DNA from: a virus
Taxonomy: Duplodnaviria > Caudoviricetes
Virus record (IMG/VR): IMGVR_UViG_3300037657_000082
Coordinates: 1 to 37,434 of that record
Reading direction: 5' to 3' (one strand)
Length of the DNA: 37,434 nucleotides
Shown here piece after piece: positions 23,805 through 33,671 of this stretch. The position numbers were made by a program, and so were the translations under genes. The notes beneath the pieces are model-generated. The model searched no databases and was not told where the DNA came from. It saw only the letters and a list, made by a program, of their open reading frames with translations. The first letter of the stretch is position 1. Each line of letters starts with the position of its first letter.

Positions 23805-24449
23805 ATGGCCAGCAAACGCGAACTGCGCATCGTTCCGGTGACCAGGCTCGAGATCCGCGCAGCGGAGGAGAACCAGCCGCCAAAGCTCACTGGCTATGCG
23901 GCGGTCTTTAACTCGTGGTCAGACGACCTGGGCGGGTTCGTCGAACGGATCGCGCCCGGGGCGTTCACCAAGACGCTGCAGGAGGCCGACGTGCGGGCCC
24001 TGCAGAACCACGACCCCAACTATGTGCTGGGGCGCACCAAGAGCGGCACGCTGCGCCTGTTCGAGGACAGCTACGGCCTTGGCTTTGAGATCACCCCGCC
24101 GGACACCACCTGGGCGCGGGATCTGATGGCCACCATGGACCGGGGCGATGTGGATCAGATGTCGTTCCAGTTCCGCACGATCAAGGACGTGTGGGAGAAG
24201 GGCGAACAGGCGGCGGAGCGCACGCTGCTGGAGGTGGCGCTGTACGACGTGAGCGTGGTGACGTTCCCGGCCTACCCGGCCACCGAAGCGGTCGTGGCCA
24301 GGTCGTGGATGAGTGAGAAGGGCTTCTACCTGCCCGAGCCGCCCCAGGAGGGGCACTCGGACGGAGAGCATACCGAGCCGGAGCAGGCGCCCCACTCGGA
24401 GATCAGACGGCGACGGTTGGCTCTTTTGGAAAGACAAGTTGAGGACTAA
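23805..24449 (+). CDS. HK97-family prohead protease
   Basis: GYAAVFN, ERIAPGAF, NHD, MSFQF, DVSVVTFPAY. Confidence 0.95.
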   Translation: MASKRELRIVPVTRLEIRAAEENQPPKLTGYAAVFNSWSDDLGGFVERIAPGAFTKTLQEADVRALQNHDPNYVLGRTKSGTLRLFEDSYGLGFEITPPDTTWARDLMATMDRGDVDQMSFQFRTIKDVWEKGEQAAERTLLEVALYDVSVVTFPAYPATEAVVARSWMSEKGFYLPEPPQEGHSDGEHTEPEQAPHSEIRRRRLALLERQVED

Positions 24450-24461
24450 CGGAGGTAACAC

Positions 24462-25754
24462 ATGGACCCGAAGGAACTGCGCCGCAAGCGCAAGGAACTG
24501 ATCGAGGCATGCCGCGGCATGCTGAGCAAGGCCGACGGCGAGAAGCGCGGGCTCACCGCCGACGAGGATGCTGAGTACGGGCGTCGGGAGACCGAGATCG
24601 ATCGGCTGGCCGGCGAGATCGAGCGCGAGGAGCGTCTGGTGGCGCGCGAGGCCGAGATGCGCGGTGGCCAGCGGCCCCTGACCGAGACTGGCGACGGCTC
24701 CAAGCCCAAGCCCGTGTTTGGCAGCCTGGGCGAGCAACTGATGGCGGTGCGGGCCGCGGCTATGCCGGGCGCGACCCCCGATCAGCGGCTGCTCGAGGTG
24801 CGCGCGCCCCTGGGCATGAACGTAGGCCAGCCCTCGGAGGGCGGTTTCCTGATGGAGCAGCAGTACGCGACGGGCATCTGGAAGCGTGCGTACAGCTCTG
24901 GTGAGATCGTGCGCCGCTGCTTCAAGGTACCGATCGGCGAGAATGCGGACTCGGTCAAGATCCACGGCATCGATGAGACAAGTCGTGCGACCGGCTCGCG
25001 CTGGGGCGGCGTGCGGGCCTACTGGCTGGCCGAGGCCGGGAGCATGACCGGGAGCGCCCCCAAGTGGCTCGACATCGAACTGGCGCCCAAGAAGCTGGCC
25101 GTGCTGTTCTACGCCACCAGCGAGCTGCTGCGCAACCCCGTGGCGCTCGAAGCGATGGTGAACCAGATCGTGCCACAGGAGATTGCGTTCATGACGGAGG
25201 ACGCGCTGCTGAACGGTGACGGTGCGGGCAAGCCCCTGGGCGTGCTGGCCGCTCCGGCGCTGGTGTCGGTGGCCAAGGAAGCCAACCAGTCCGCGGACAC
25301 CATCGTGAAGGAAAACATTGACCGGATGTGGAGCCGCATGTGGGCTGGCAGCCGCCAGAACGCGGTGTGGCTGATCAACCAAGACTGTGAGCCGCAGCTC
25401 GACAATATGGCGCTGGCGGTGGGTGCGGGCGGCGTGCCCGTGTATCTGCCGGCGGGCGGCATCTCGGAGACGCCGTATGCGCGCCTGAAGGGGCGCCAGG
25501 TGATCCCGGTCGAGTACTGCCAGACCGTTGGCGACCGGGGCGACATCGTACTGGCCGACTTTTCGCAGTACGGGCTGTCCGATCGCGGTGGCGTGGAGGT
25601 GGCATCCAGCATCCACGTCCAGTTCCTGACCGACGAGAGCGTGTTCCGATTCCTGTACTCCGTGGACGGCGAGCCGATGTGGAATGCTGCGCTGACCCCG
25701 GCGCACGGCTCGAGCACGCTGAGCCCGTTCGTGGCGCTGGCCGCGCGCGCGTAG
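24462..25754 (+). CDS. Major capsid protein, HK97 fold with N-terminal delta domain
   Basis: Coiled-coil N-terminus, GGFL, LLNGDGAGKPLG, GDIVLADFSQY. Confidence 0.95.
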   Translation: MDPKELRRKRKELIEACRGMLSKADGEKRGLTADEDAEYGRRETEIDRLAGEIEREERLVAREAEMRGGQRPLTETGDGSKPKPVFGSLGEQLMAVRAAAMPGATPDQRLLEVRAPLGMNVGQPSEGGFLMEQQYATGIWKRAYSSGEIVRRCFKVPIGENADSVKIHGIDETSRATGSRWGGVRAYWLAEAGSMTGSAPKWLDIELAPKKLAVLFYATSELLRNPVALEAMVNQIVPQEIAFMTEDALLNGDGAGKPLGVLAAPALVSVAKEANQSADTIVKENIDRMWSRMWAGSRQNAVWLINQDCEPQLDNMALAVGAGGVPVYLPAGGISETPYARLKGRQVIPVEYCQTVGDRGDIVLADFSQYGLSDRGGVEVASSIHVQFLTDESVFRFLYSVDGEPMWNAALTPAHGSSTLSPFVALAARA

Positions 25755-25787
25755 TAGCGCCGAGGCACTGTCGTAACTGAGCAGTAT

Positions 25788-25813
25788 GGCGCCGTCGTGA
25801 AGGCGGCGGCGCC
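25788..25813 (+). terminator. Hairpin after capsid gene (no U-tract)
   Basis: GGCGCCGTCG-TGAAGG-CGGCGGCGCC; similar hairpins near 26342, 27346 and 30333. Confidence 0.4.
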
Positions 25814-25837
25814 CAAGACAACTCGGAGGTAACGAAC

Positions 25838-26314
25838 ATGGCAAAGTCTTTGCCTGAGCATTTCAAGATTGTCGATGCCAGCGCGGGGCCGGTGACGACC
25901 AACGGCGGCATCACCTGCGACTATGTGTCGCTCAAGAACGCTATCAAGGCGTGGATCGTGGTGCAGCTTACCCAAGCGGTGGCGCACGCGACCTCGATCG
26001 TTCCGATGCGCGCGACTGCGGTGGCTGGCACGGGCGCGGCCGTGCTCACCAGCGCGGTCAGGATCTGGGCCAACGAGGCCACCGGCACCGACGATACGCT
26101 GGTGGAGCAGACGTCCGCGGTGAACTATGCGGTGACCGCGGACATCGCGAAGAAGATGGTGATCTTTGAGATCGACCCGGCGGACATCGGCGCATACGAC
26201 GTGCTGGGCTGCACGCTGAGCAACAGCGGTCAAGCCACCAACTTTGCGTCGGTGACCTACTGGCTGCAGGAGCGCTACCAGCAGGCTACGCCGCCCTCCG
26301 CTATCGTTGACTGA
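25838..26314 (+). CDS. Putative head decoration protein
   Basis: GGAGGT RBS; beta-rich Ala/Thr/Val composition; directly after capsid gene. Confidence 0.55.
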   Translation: MAKSLPEHFKIVDASAGPVTTNGGITCDYVSLKNAIKAWIVVQLTQAVAHATSIVPMRATAVAGTGAAVLTSAVRIWANEATGTDDTLVEQTSAVNYAVTADIAKKMVIFEIDPADIGAYDVLGCTLSNSGQATNFASVTYWLQERYQQATPPSAIVD

Positions 26315-26396
26315 TAGCTAGCGCCCAACGGGCGCCAACCGGGGGCCGGGACCTGACCGGCCCCTACCCGGAGAACCCGGAGAAGGAACAAAGTAG

Positions 26397-27332
26397 ATGG
26401 GTACTCAACAGAGCGCGAAGACTCAACTGTTTGGACAGTGGCTGGCCGGCAACCTCGTGGTGGCGGACCAGGGGCTGAGCACGGGGCGGCGGTTCTTTGT
26501 GTATTCCGGCACAGGCTCTGATGCGGGCGGCTTTGGCGCCAGCCCGGATGCTCCGCTGGCAACGCTGGACTATGCCATCGGGCTGGCAAGCCTCGGCGAC
26601 GTGATCTATGTCATGCCCGGGCACAGCGAAACATTTGTGGCGACCAATGGCTTTGACGCGGACGTAGCTGGCATCGCCATCATCGGCCTTGGCTGGGGAG
26701 ACAAGCGCCCGACGTTCCTGCTGGATGACACCGATGCCCAGGTGAACATCGGAGCTTCCAGTGTCTGGCTACAGAACCTGCGGTTCGTGGCCGGCATCTC
26801 GGCCGTCGTGGCCGGCGTGCAGGTCGAGGGCGTGACCGACGTCCGGTTCAAGGACTGCGAATGGTACTGGGGCGGCACCACGGGCGACGACATGATCCTC
26901 GGGCTGGAGCTGGAGGCCGGATCGCATCGCGCCGTGATCGAGAACTGCCGCTTCCTGGCGGAGCCCGCTGTTGCGGGCGCCCAGGCGGGCATCGAGTTGA
27001 CCGGCGCGAGCCACAACGTGCGCATCGAAGACTGCGAGTGCATGGGTGACTATTCGGTGGCGTGCATCCATGGCGACACGACCCTGAGCCAGGGGCTGAT
27101 GGTCCTGAACCCGCTGGTCCATAACACCGATGCGGGCGAGCCCTACCTGGAGGTGCTGACGGGGACCACCGGCGTGATCGCCGGCGCTCGCGGACTGGCG
27201 AGTGGAGCGACGATCGCGGCCAACGCCGTGGCAGACGCGATGGCGCACTGCGAGAACTTTGTGGCGAACACGGCGGGCACCATCGCCATCATCAAGGGCG
27301 CTGGCGGCAGCCCGGCTCTGGACGCGGACTAG
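26397..27332 (+). CDS. Pectin-lyase-like beta-helix virion protein
   Basis: PLATLDYAI...GDVIYVMPGH, periodic xxEN/DC.F strands. Confidence 0.65.
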   Translation: MGTQQSAKTQLFGQWLAGNLVVADQGLSTGRRFFVYSGTGSDAGGFGASPDAPLATLDYAIGLASLGDVIYVMPGHSETFVATNGFDADVAGIAIIGLGWGDKRPTFLLDDTDAQVNIGASSVWLQNLRFVAGISAVVAGVQVEGVTDVRFKDCEWYWGGTTGDDMILGLELEAGSHRAVIENCRFLAEPAVAGAQAGIELTGASHNVRIEDCECMGDYSVACIHGDTTLSQGLMVLNPLVHNTDAGEPYLEVLTGTTGVIAGARGLASGATIAANAVADAMAHCENFVANTAGTIAIIKGAGGSPALDAD

Positions 27333-27389
27333 ACTCTAGCAGCGTGGGCGGAGGGGCCCGAAGCCCTCCGCCTGCAGGAAGGATGACAT

Positions 27390-27845
27390 ATGGGCATCAA
27401 AGGGCCGCGTGGGGTGGAGCTGCTGCAGGGCGAGCTACTCACGCTGGCCGCCTCGGCGGCGCGCACGGCAGGCGCCAACGGCACGGCGGTGCAACTGAAC
27501 GGAGAACGGCGCCGGCTGCTGATCGTCTGCTCGATCACGGCCTCGGCGACCGATGCCGGCGACACGGCTGACATCTATGTGGACTACAGCCTGGACAACG
27601 TGACCTGGTTCAACGCGATCCACTTCACGCAGCATGCCGGCAACGGGGCGGCGATCAAAGAGTTCGCGGCGCTGAACATGGCGGCGGCTCCGGCGGCCAC
27701 AGTCACCAACGTGACCGCGGACGCAGCCTCGGGCGCGGTGCGGCCCTACGTCTTTGGGCCCTACGTGCGCGCGCGCTGGGCGATCGTGGACAGTGGCGAC
27801 GCTAACCAGTCCTGTACCTTCAGTGTGACCGCCTGGGCGGAGTAG
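27390..27845 (+). CDS. Hypothetical virion protein (beta sandwich)
   Basis: S.DNVTWF, PYVRARW motifs; head module. Confidence 0.6.
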   Translation: MGIKGPRGVELLQGELLTLAASAARTAGANGTAVQLNGERRRLLIVCSITASATDAGDTADIYVDYSLDNVTWFNAIHFTQHAGNGAAIKEFAALNMAAAPAATVTNVTADAASGAVRPYVFGPYVRARWAIVDSGDANQSCTFSVTAWAE

Positions 27846-27848
27846 ATC

Positions 27849-28424
27849 ATGTCCTACGGATTGATCACCGAAATGTACACCCTGTTGCCACAGGTGACGG
27901 TATCGGCGGCGAACGATGCGCTGCTTGGCGAGATGCTGAGTCGCGCAACCGACATCGTCGACATGGCACTAGGCTTCAGCTACGCGTCATATAGCGCGGC
28001 GGCGGCCAAGGATGTGCGTGCGGTGGGCGGTCAGTATCTCGAGTTGCCGGCCTATGAGCTGGGCAGCGTCACGGCGGTGTACGCGGTCTCGGGCAAGGGC
28101 ACACTCAGCGAGGGTACCGACGCGGTGACCGAGTACGACGCGCTGGATGATGGCCGGCTGTACGCGAACGGCGGCTGGGGTGCGGACACTTGGTACCGAG
28201 TGACGGCGGAATGGGGCTATGGCACGCCGCCCGATAGCATCGTGCAGGTGACGCTGGAAGTCGCGGTCAACCTGTGGCGCGGGAAAGACCGCGGGCTGTA
28301 CTCGGACGTGATCGGTGTCGAAGGCGGCGGGGCCGTGGGCTATCAGCGAGCCCTCACCAACCAGCAGCGCATGATCATCGCGGGGGCGCGCAACAGGGCG
28401 CTTGGTGGACCTGTCATCGCGTGA
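27849..28424 (+). CDS. Head-tail connector/adaptor (gp6-like)
   Basis: RATDIVD, VTAEWGY..PPDSIVQVTLE. Confidence 0.75.
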   Translation: MSYGLITEMYTLLPQVTVSAANDALLGEMLSRATDIVDMALGFSYASYSAAAAKDVRAVGGQYLELPAYELGSVTAVYAVSGKGTLSEGTDAVTEYDALDDGRLYANGGWGADTWYRVTAEWGYGTPPDSIVQVTLEVAVNLWRGKDRGLYSDVIGVEGGGAVGYQRALTNQQRMIIAGARNRALGGPVIA

Positions 28425-28451
28425 AGCATCAAATGCGAGGTATCACGGTGC

Positions 28452-28913
28452 ATGAGTAAAGCAAAGGGGATCGACACGGAATACCGGGTGGATCTGCCTA
28501 ACGCGCAGGCGGTCTCGCGCGAGACGCTACGCGCGCTCATGCCGCAGATGGTGGAAGTGCTCAAAGCCGAGGCGCTGGAGCGCACGCCCATTGGCAAGAC
28601 CCGTAACCTGGTCAAGAGCATCTTTGGGCGCGTCGAGCGGGACGGGATGCAGGGGGCAGTGGGCTCAAAGGCGCCGCACGCGCACCTGGTACACGAAGGG
28701 ACGAGGGCGCACCCGGTGCCGTTATACGGGGCCCGCGCGCTCAGCATCCCGTCCGGCGGGCATGTGGTGTACCGCGGCTCGGCGGAGCATCCGGGCTCAC
28801 GGGCCAACCCGTGGCTCAAGCAGTCGCTGGAGTCGAGCGGGGACGCGCTGGCCGGCATGTTGCGACACGCCGGCGAGGCCGCGCTGTCAGAAGCGATCGG
28901 GAAGAGTAAATGA
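28452..28913 (+). CDS. HK97 gp10-like neck/tail completion protein
   Basis: TP.GKTRNLVKSI, AHLVHEGT, HPGSRANPWL. Confidence 0.85.
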   Translation: MSKAKGIDTEYRVDLPNAQAVSRETLRALMPQMVEVLKAEALERTPIGKTRNLVKSIFGRVERDGMQGAVGSKAPHAHLVHEGTRAHPVPLYGARALSIPSGGHVVYRGSAEHPGSRANPWLKQSLESSGDALAGMLRHAGEAALSEAIGKSK

Positions 28914-29332
28914 GCTACAGCGATGTTCTCGAGGGGCTGCACGAGCGCTTCGCCCTGGTGGTAGAGACGGATCTGAACCTGATCATAGGTGAGCCGACGG
29001 CTATCCACCAGGTGCCGGCGCTGTACAGCGTGCTGGAGTCGTTCGACCGCAGCTACGACGGGGAACTGGTGCGGGTGCGCTACCGCACCTTGCACCGGCT
29101 GTGCATTCGCTGGCAGGACAACCTCGCAGCGGAAGAGGAGCTGGCAGAGCTAGTGAACGCAATCCCGGCGATGGTAGAGGCCGATCCACGACTGGGGAAG
29201 CGGCTCAAGGCGCGCGGGGACTCAAAGATCGTGGCCGGTGACGCCGGCTGGACAACGATTGGCGGAACAGAGTATCGGTCGCTCGACTTTCACAGCGAAG
29301 TCTGGGAAGTGGGCGCCCTAGGACAGCTATAG
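28910..29332 (+). CDS. Putative tail terminator
   Basis: Position between gp10-like and tail tube genes, size, DPRLG motif. Confidence 0.6.
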   Translation: MSYSDVLEGLHERFALVVETDLNLIIGEPTAIHQVPALYSVLESFDRSYDGELVRVRYRTLHRLCIRWQDNLAAEEELAELVNAIPAMVEADPRLGKRLKARGDSKIVAGDAGWTTIGGTEYRSLDFHSEVWEVGALGQL

Positions 29333-29341
29333 GAGGCTACC

Positions 29342-29683
29342 ATGGCAGATGTAACTCTCGCGGTACAAGACATCGTGAAGACGGGGCTAGCGGCGGTATA
29401 CACCGGATCGCTGTCTACGGCCAACACGTACAAGTTCGCGAATGACGGGCGCACAATTCTGCATTTCAAGAAGAGCGCCGCGGTCATCTGCACCGTGACG
29501 CTGCCCACCCCAGGGACCGTAGATGGCTTGGCCATCACCGACCGCACCGTGGCGGTGCCCGCGACGACCGGCGACAAGTTCATCGGCAAGCTGTCCAAAG
29601 ACGTGTACAACGACGCGAACGGCTATGCGTCGTTTACGCTCTCGGACGTAGACGGCCTCACCGTCGCTGTGCTGAAGGCATAG
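29342..29683 (+). CDS. Hypothetical virion protein
   Basis: AGGAGG RBS; FANDGRTILH; beta-rich. Confidence 0.65.
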   Translation: MADVTLAVQDIVKTGLAAVYTGSLSTANTYKFANDGRTILHFKKSAAVICTVTLPTPGTVDGLAITDRTVAVPATTGDKFIGKLSKDVYNDANGYASFTLSDVDGLTVAVLKA

Positions 29684-29699
29684 CGGGAAGGAAGAACAG

Positions 29700-30314
29700 A
29701 TGGGCACTCCGACGGTAGCAAACATCATCAAGAGCGGGGCCGTGCTGTGGGCGGCGCCGGTGGGCGAGACCCGGCCCGACGAGAGCAGCATCGCCTATGG
29801 CGCGGCGTGGGGCGGCAACTGGGCGCGGGTGGGCTACACCAAAGAGGCGCTGACGCTGGCCTATGAGAGCGAAGAGGCGGATATCGAAGTCGAAGAGGAA
29901 CTGGCCTCGGTCAAGCGCACCCGCATCAAGGAGAGCGTCACGCTCGAGACGGTGCTGGCCGAGCTGACCGGCGAGTACCTCCAGCTGGCTGCGAGCAACC
30001 AAAACACCGTGACCACTACCTCGCCGGACGTCGGCCAGAAGGGCTACGAAGAGACCGGTTTGGGGGGCGTGTCGACGCTCACCGAGAAGGCGTGGGGCTT
30101 TGAAGGGCTGTACATCAACGCGAACGACGAAGAGGAGCCGATCCGCGTGTTCGTTCACAAGGGCACGGCGATGCTCAACGGCGCGTTGGAGTTCAGCCAG
30201 AAGAGCGATGAGTACGTGGGCGTCCCGATCCAGGTCAAGGCACTGGCCGATACCACGCAGAACGCCGGGCAGAAACTGGTCCTGTTCCAGCGCGTGACGA
30301 GCGAGGCCAGCTAG
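29700..30314 (+). CDS. Major tail (tube) protein
   Basis: W..VGYT.E.LTL, LETVLAE; upstream of chaperone and TMP. Confidence 0.8.
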   Translation: MGTPTVANIIKSGAVLWAAPVGETRPDESSIAYGAAWGGNWARVGYTKEALTLAYESEEADIEVEEELASVKRTRIKESVTLETVLAELTGEYLQLAASNQNTVTTTSPDVGQKGYEETGLGGVSTLTEKAWGFEGLYINANDEEEPIRVFVHKGTAMLNGALEFSQKSDEYVGVPIQVKALADTTQNAGQKLVLFQRVTSEAS

Positions 30315-30372
30315 AGGCTCGAGGCAAACGATGGGGGCGGCACAAGCGCCCCTCAACACTGAGGAGAGGACG

Positions 30373-30789
30373 ATGGCGCGAAGTGTCAAAGTGACGTTGG
30401 GCGGACGCGACTATCAGGTGGATGAACTGCGCAGCCGAGAGAACGCCGCGTGGCGTGAACGGCTGCGCGTTCCGTTTGCCAACCTGGTGCAGCGTCTGGA
30501 AGAGGCCGGCGATACTGAGATCACCAACCCCGGGGCGATGGTGGCGCTGCTGCGCGACACGGCCGGTACGGTGATCACGGCGCCCGATCTGCTGGCGGAA
30601 CTTCTGTTCACATACTCGACGGTGCTGGCCGCCGACCAAGAGCGGATCGTGGCCGAAGCCTATGACAGCGAGCTGATGAACGGCTTCATCGAGGTACTGA
30701 AGCTGGCATACCCTTTTGGGGCGCTGGCGCAGAAGATCGGGGGGCTGATTCAGCGTGGCCGCGCAACTCAGCCGATTACTGTGAAATAG
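30373..30789 (+). CDS. Tail assembly chaperone (G-like)
   Basis: GAGGAG RBS; VTLGGRDY; between tube and TMP; slippery C-CCT-TTT at 30711. Confidence 0.8.
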   Translation: MARSVKVTLGGRDYQVDELRSRENAAWRERLRVPFANLVQRLEEAGDTEITNPGAMVALLRDTAGTVITAPDLLAELLFTYSTVLAADQERIVAEAYDSELMNGFIEVLKLAYPFGALAQKIGGLIQRGRATQPITVK

Positions 30790-31025
30790 CGCTCAGCCAG
30801 TGGGGGCTGTGGGATGACGAACTGGACCCCCTGCTGCTGAGAGAGTTGACGGTGGCCTACGTGCACAGGCAACGCTGGCAGGCGCGCCTGCAGGCGGTTG
30901 AGAACGCCAGGGCGATCGCTGAGGTGCTGGGCGGCAAGCGCGGCGTGGCGGGCGGCGAGGCCGGCGCGGGGCATCGCCAGGTGAGCGCGAGCGAGCTGCT
31001 GGGAACGATGGGAGTGAGGCTCTAG
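30711..31025 (+). CDS. -1 frameshift extension of tail chaperone (GT-like)
   Basis: The -1 frame is open from CCCTTTT (30711-30717) to TAG at 31023-31025, one base before the TMP start. Confidence 0.8.
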   Translation, partial: PFWGAGAEDRGADSAWPRNSADYCEIALSQWGLWDDELDPLLLRELTVAYVHRQRWQARLQAVENARAIAEVLGGKRGVAGGEAGAGHRQVSASELLGTMGVRL

Positions 31026-31026
31026 C

Positions 31027-32781
31027 GTGGGAGTCAAGCTGGGTGAGGCTGTAGTCTACTTGCTTGGGAACTCTAAGGGGCTGGAGGACAGCCTGGAGAG
31101 CTCTGAGAAGAAGACGTTCAACCTCGGAGAGACGATCAAGAAGCTCGCGATCGGCGGCGCAGTAGTGGCCGGCGTGAAGGCGGGCTTTGACTTCCTCAAG
31201 GGCAGCGTTGCAGCAGCGACGGAAGAGCAAGCCGGCATCGCGCTGCTGGGCCAGGCGGTGCGTAATACGGGCGCGGACTGGGACACTGCGAGTGCGGCCA
31301 TCGAGACCTACCTGGCGGCGGAGCTGCGGCGCACGGCGCTGGACGACGGGGCCGGGCGCGCGGCCATTCAGAAGCTGACCGAGACCACCGGCGACTATCA
31401 GACAGCGCTCGATCTGATGGGGCTCACCCAGGACGTGGCGGCGGCAAAGGGTATCGACCTGAGCACCGCGGCGGAACTGGTGGGGCGTGTGCACGAAGGC
31501 AACACCGGCATGCTGACGCGCTATGGCATTGTGCTGGGCGAAGGCGCCACGGCGACCGAGGCGCTGGGGGCCATGCAGGCCAAGTTCGGCGGCGCCGCAG
31601 AAGCCTACGGCAACACCAACCAGGGGGCCGCCGACAAACTCAGCACCTCGTGGGGCAACCTCAAGGAGACGATCGGTGGGGCGCTACTGCCCGTGATCGC
31701 CACTTTCACGACGTACCTCGCCAACCTGGCGATGAATGCGCTGCCCTGGGTCGAGAACGCGATCGGCACAGTCGCGCCCTTCTTTGAGCGGCTGTGGGGG
31801 CTGGTGCAGGCCGGTATCGCGTGGCTGCAGCAGCTCCTCGGGGGCCTGGGGAACGCCGGCGGCGCACTGGGCGGCATGGGCGCTGTCATCGAGCGGTTGG
31901 GCACGCTGTGGGACGTGATCTGGTCGCGCATGCAGGTGATCTTTGCGCCGATCATCGAAGACATGCAGCGGCTGCTGCGCAATATTGCCGCCGACGCACA
32001 GACGTTCTTCCTCGACAAGTTCCAGTTCATCAAGGACTGGTTCCTGGCCAACATGCCGCTCATTCAGGACGTGGTCGACCACGTGATGCAGCGGATCCGA
32101 ACGATCCTGACGGGCATCGGCAAGTTCTGGGAAGAGCACGGCGTGGCCGTCATGGGCTATGTCTCGCAGATGTGGGAGAACATCAAGACCGCGATCGGCC
32201 TGGCCATCAACGTGGTGCTGGGCGTGATCAAGGCGGTGATGCAGCTCATCACGGGCGACTGGGAAGGCGCCTGGGAGACCATCAAGGGCGTCCTGGTCGA
32301 GATCTGGGACAGCATCAAAAAGATCGTCGGGGACACCATTGAGGCGATCCTGCGGGTCTTTGGCACTAACAGCGATGCCCTGCTGGCCGCCATCAAGAAG
32401 CCCTTCCAGGACGCATGGGACTGGTTGACGGGGACGTGGTCCAAGATCAAGGACTTTGTCGCGGGCATCTTTGACGGCGTCAAGATCAAGATGCCCCATT
32501 TCTCGATCAAGTGGCAAGAGGTGTTCGGCGTCAACATCCCGGTGGGGATGGACGTGCAGTGGTACGGCTCGGGGCTGGATGCCGTGTTCAACCAGCCGAC
32601 GCTGATTGGCGTGGGTGAGAGCGGGCCCGAGCGCGTGCAGGTGACGCCCAGCGGCCAAGGCGGCGGATCCGGCGGGGGCGGGATTCACATCGTCTATAAC
32701 GATCATCGCACCGGCGGGGAGAGCAACATCGAGCGCGTGGCACGCGGGCTGGAATGGCAGCTCAGAATGGCAGGCGCATGA
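31027..32781 (+). CDS. Tape measure protein (584 aa)
   Basis: Ala/Gly-rich helical protein, periodic Trp/Phe repeats (GDWEGAWETIK), C-terminal GVGESGPE. Confidence 0.9.
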   Translation: MGVKLGEAVVYLLGNSKGLEDSLESSEKKTFNLGETIKKLAIGGAVVAGVKAGFDFLKGSVAAATEEQAGIALLGQAVRNTGADWDTASAAIETYLAAELRRTALDDGAGRAAIQKLTETTGDYQTALDLMGLTQDVAAAKGIDLSTAAELVGRVHEGNTGMLTRYGIVLGEGATATEALGAMQAKFGGAAEAYGNTNQGAADKLSTSWGNLKETIGGALLPVIATFTTYLANLAMNALPWVENAIGTVAPFFERLWGLVQAGIAWLQQLLGGLGNAGGALGGMGAVIERLGTLWDVIWSRMQVIFAPIIEDMQRLLRNIAADAQTFFLDKFQFIKDWFLANMPLIQDVVDHVMQRIRTILTGIGKFWEEHGVAVMGYVSQMWENIKTAIGLAINVVLGVIKAVMQLITGDWEGAWETIKGVLVEIWDSIKKIVGDTIEAILRVFGTNSDALLAAIKKPFQDAWDWLTGTWSKIKDFVAGIFDGVKIKMPHFSIKWQEVFGVNIPVGMDVQWYGSGLDAVFNQPTLIGVGESGPERVQVTPSGQGGGSGGGGIHIVYNDHRTGGESNIERVARGLEWQLRMAGA

Positions 32782-33665
32782 GGCGAGTCTCGTACACCGA
32801 TCCGGATGGCACGGTCTATCTGCTGAACGATGGCATTACCGCCTGGCTGAAAAAGGGCGGGCTGTTCGGCTTTGGGATGAGCCGGGCCGAGTTGGCCATG
32901 CAGCGCGTGCCCTACCAGGACGGCGCCACGCTGCTGGGCGCGCCCTACACCGGGCCGCGCGAGCTGCGCGTGGCGGTGGAGATAGCTACGTCTGGCTTAC
33001 CCTCGCGCCTGGCCTACGAGCGAGCCATGCGGAGCGCTCTGTCGCCCTACAAGGACACGAATGTGCTGGGCGTGCTGACTCTGGAGGATACCGACAATGC
33101 GGTCACGCGGCACATAGACTGCTGGCTGGTGGAATGCCCGGACGCAGAGCATGCGGGCCCCGGGCTGAGCACGCTGACCTACACGTTCATCGCGCCCGCC
33201 CCGTTTTTCTACGAAGCAGAGAGCGTCGAGTCTACGGCGATGTCGGGTGGCGGCATCACATTCCCGGTGACGCCTCCCTTTGAGTTCATCGGCACAGGCA
33301 TTGACGCCCACATCAACGTGACCAACCCCGGCGATGTTGAGGTCTGGCCGGTGATTCGGATTGTCGGCGACAATGGCAAAGACCCGACCGTAGAGAACGA
33401 GGCCACCGGTAAGGTGCTGGCGCTGACGGCGGCTGGGGGCGTGACGCTGGACACAGGGGACTATATCGACATCGACATGGCCGAGGGCACCGTGAAGCTG
33501 TACGACGCCTCGGCTGGTACGACCACGAGCATCATCGAGTTGCTGAGCGCGACGAGCGAGTTCTGGAGCCTGAAGCGCGGGGGGAACAGCATCCACGTGA
33601 CCATGACGTTGGTGACCAGCGGGTCGGTGACGCTGACGTACAACCCGCTCTACATCGGTGCATAG
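32778..33665 (+). CDS. Distal tail protein (Dit)
   Basis: Follows TMP with ATGA overlap; F.APAPFFY, FP.TPPF, NPGDVEVWPVI, FWSLKRGGN. Confidence 0.82.
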   Translation: MRRVSYTDPDGTVYLLNDGITAWLKKGGLFGFGMSRAELAMQRVPYQDGATLLGAPYTGPRELRVAVEIATSGLPSRLAYERAMRSALSPYKDTNVLGVLTLEDTDNAVTRHIDCWLVECPDAEHAGPGLSTLTYTFIAPAPFFYEAESVESTAMSGGGITFPVTPPFEFIGTGIDAHINVTNPGDVEVWPVIRIVGDNGKDPTVENEATGKVLALTAAGGVTLDTGDYIDIDMAEGTVKLYDASAGTTTSIIELLSATSEFWSLKRGGNSIHVTMTLVTSGSVTLTYNPLYIGA

Positions 33666-33671
33666 GGGGTA

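Noticed and set aside
19379-25844. Long minus-strand ORFs (499, 477, 641 aa) and similar antisense ORFs such as 4641..6101 and 1151..2212
   Set aside because: Shadow frames of high-GC genes; they fully overlap well-supported genes and show no motifs.
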